Origin: Takakia lepidozioides
Lineage: Eukaryota; Plantae; Bryophyta
Direction: 5' to 3'
Assembly: GCA_030704615.1 (NCBI GenBank)
Contig: CM060731.1
Location: forward strand, 80,290,001 to 80,354,000
DNA: 64,000 bases
The position numbers and the translations under genes are program-made. The notes below the pieces were generated by a model. That model saw only the letters and a program-made list of their open reading frames with translations, was not told where the DNA came from and did no database searches. Shown one piece after another: positions 63,456-64,000 of the stretch (position 1 is its first letter; each line of letters begins with the position of its first letter).

Positions 63456-64000
63456 GAAATGAAATGAAATGAAATGAAATGGTGCTTTATAACGTCCGGG
63501 GAAAGCTCGTAGAGCTTATGGGACAAAATGGAAGAAAACATGAGAGAGGAACAAATCCAGAAACCACAATTAATGTTCTAGCGATTGTCTAAGGGTGAAG
63601 GCCTCGTGTAGGTAGGCTGCCAAGCATTTTTGATCCTCATAGTGAAAGACATCAGTGAGAGTTTGGGTTCCACTGAATAAACAGTGGAATCTCCCACGGA
63701 TCTCGTAGTATAGAGGGCAGTAGAAGAAGAAGTGTTCTTCAGTTTCAATTTCCTTGCTGCGCCCTATGCAAGCTGGACATAGGCGGTCCTCCCGTTGCAG
63801 GTTTTCCCATCTGCCAGTCTCTATCCGTAGGTTGTGGGAACCCACCCTGAACCGCCCCAATGCCCTCAAGAGGGAAGGAGATAAGGGTGCTGAAAGGTAA
63901 TTTGGTCTCAAGATTCTATCATCGCGGAGCACCAAGAATGTCTCTCGATAGAAGTGGAGCTTTGTCGTGAGATTGGGTAGCATCCAAGTTCTCTTGACAT
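63456..64000 (-). mobile_element. 3' end of an RTE-X-like LINE (ORF2 C-terminal CCHC finger, 3' UTR, (CATTT)n tail), continues off the right edge
   Basis: Open ORF with RFRVGSHNLRIETGRW...RLCPAC...ETEEHFFFYCPLYYEIR, stop at 63570. Five GAAAT units at 63456-63480. Confidence 0.85.

Overview
Eukaryotic, intron-rich nuclear DNA, most likely from a non-seed land plant (moss/liverwort/lycophyte-like). This is inferred from the Tcn1-type chromovirus, the RTE-X-type LINEs and the gene content. Bases 1-21.5 kb are a nested transposon block. It holds a full-length but coding-dead Ty3/gypsy chromovirus (915-7710, 728-bp LTRs, GGATA target duplication) sitting inside a 44-bp inverted-repeat pair, a CACTA terminus, a Crinkler-like P-loop NTPase remnant, an intron-containing pogo (DDE_1) transposase, and a pogo-type MITE carrying a tRNA-like Pol III cassette. 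Bases 22-60 kb hold five apparently intact genes: a HAD-IIA hydrolase (CECR5/HDHD5 family, +), an intronless secreted BURP-domain protein (-), a full-length ABCB transporter (-), ARPC4 (-) and a chloroplast GDT1/CMT1-type Mn/Ca transporter (+). The window ends with a kinesin-7 pseudogene fragment and the 3' end of an RTE-X-like LINE. The best candidate for an undescribed system is the BURP locus: a putative copper-dependent peptide cyclase with one Tyr-ending candidate core, a GTAC-rich promoter and a co-oriented ABCB exporter next door. That is a hypothesis, not a demonstrated cluster. All splice models and family calls were made by eye, without database searches.
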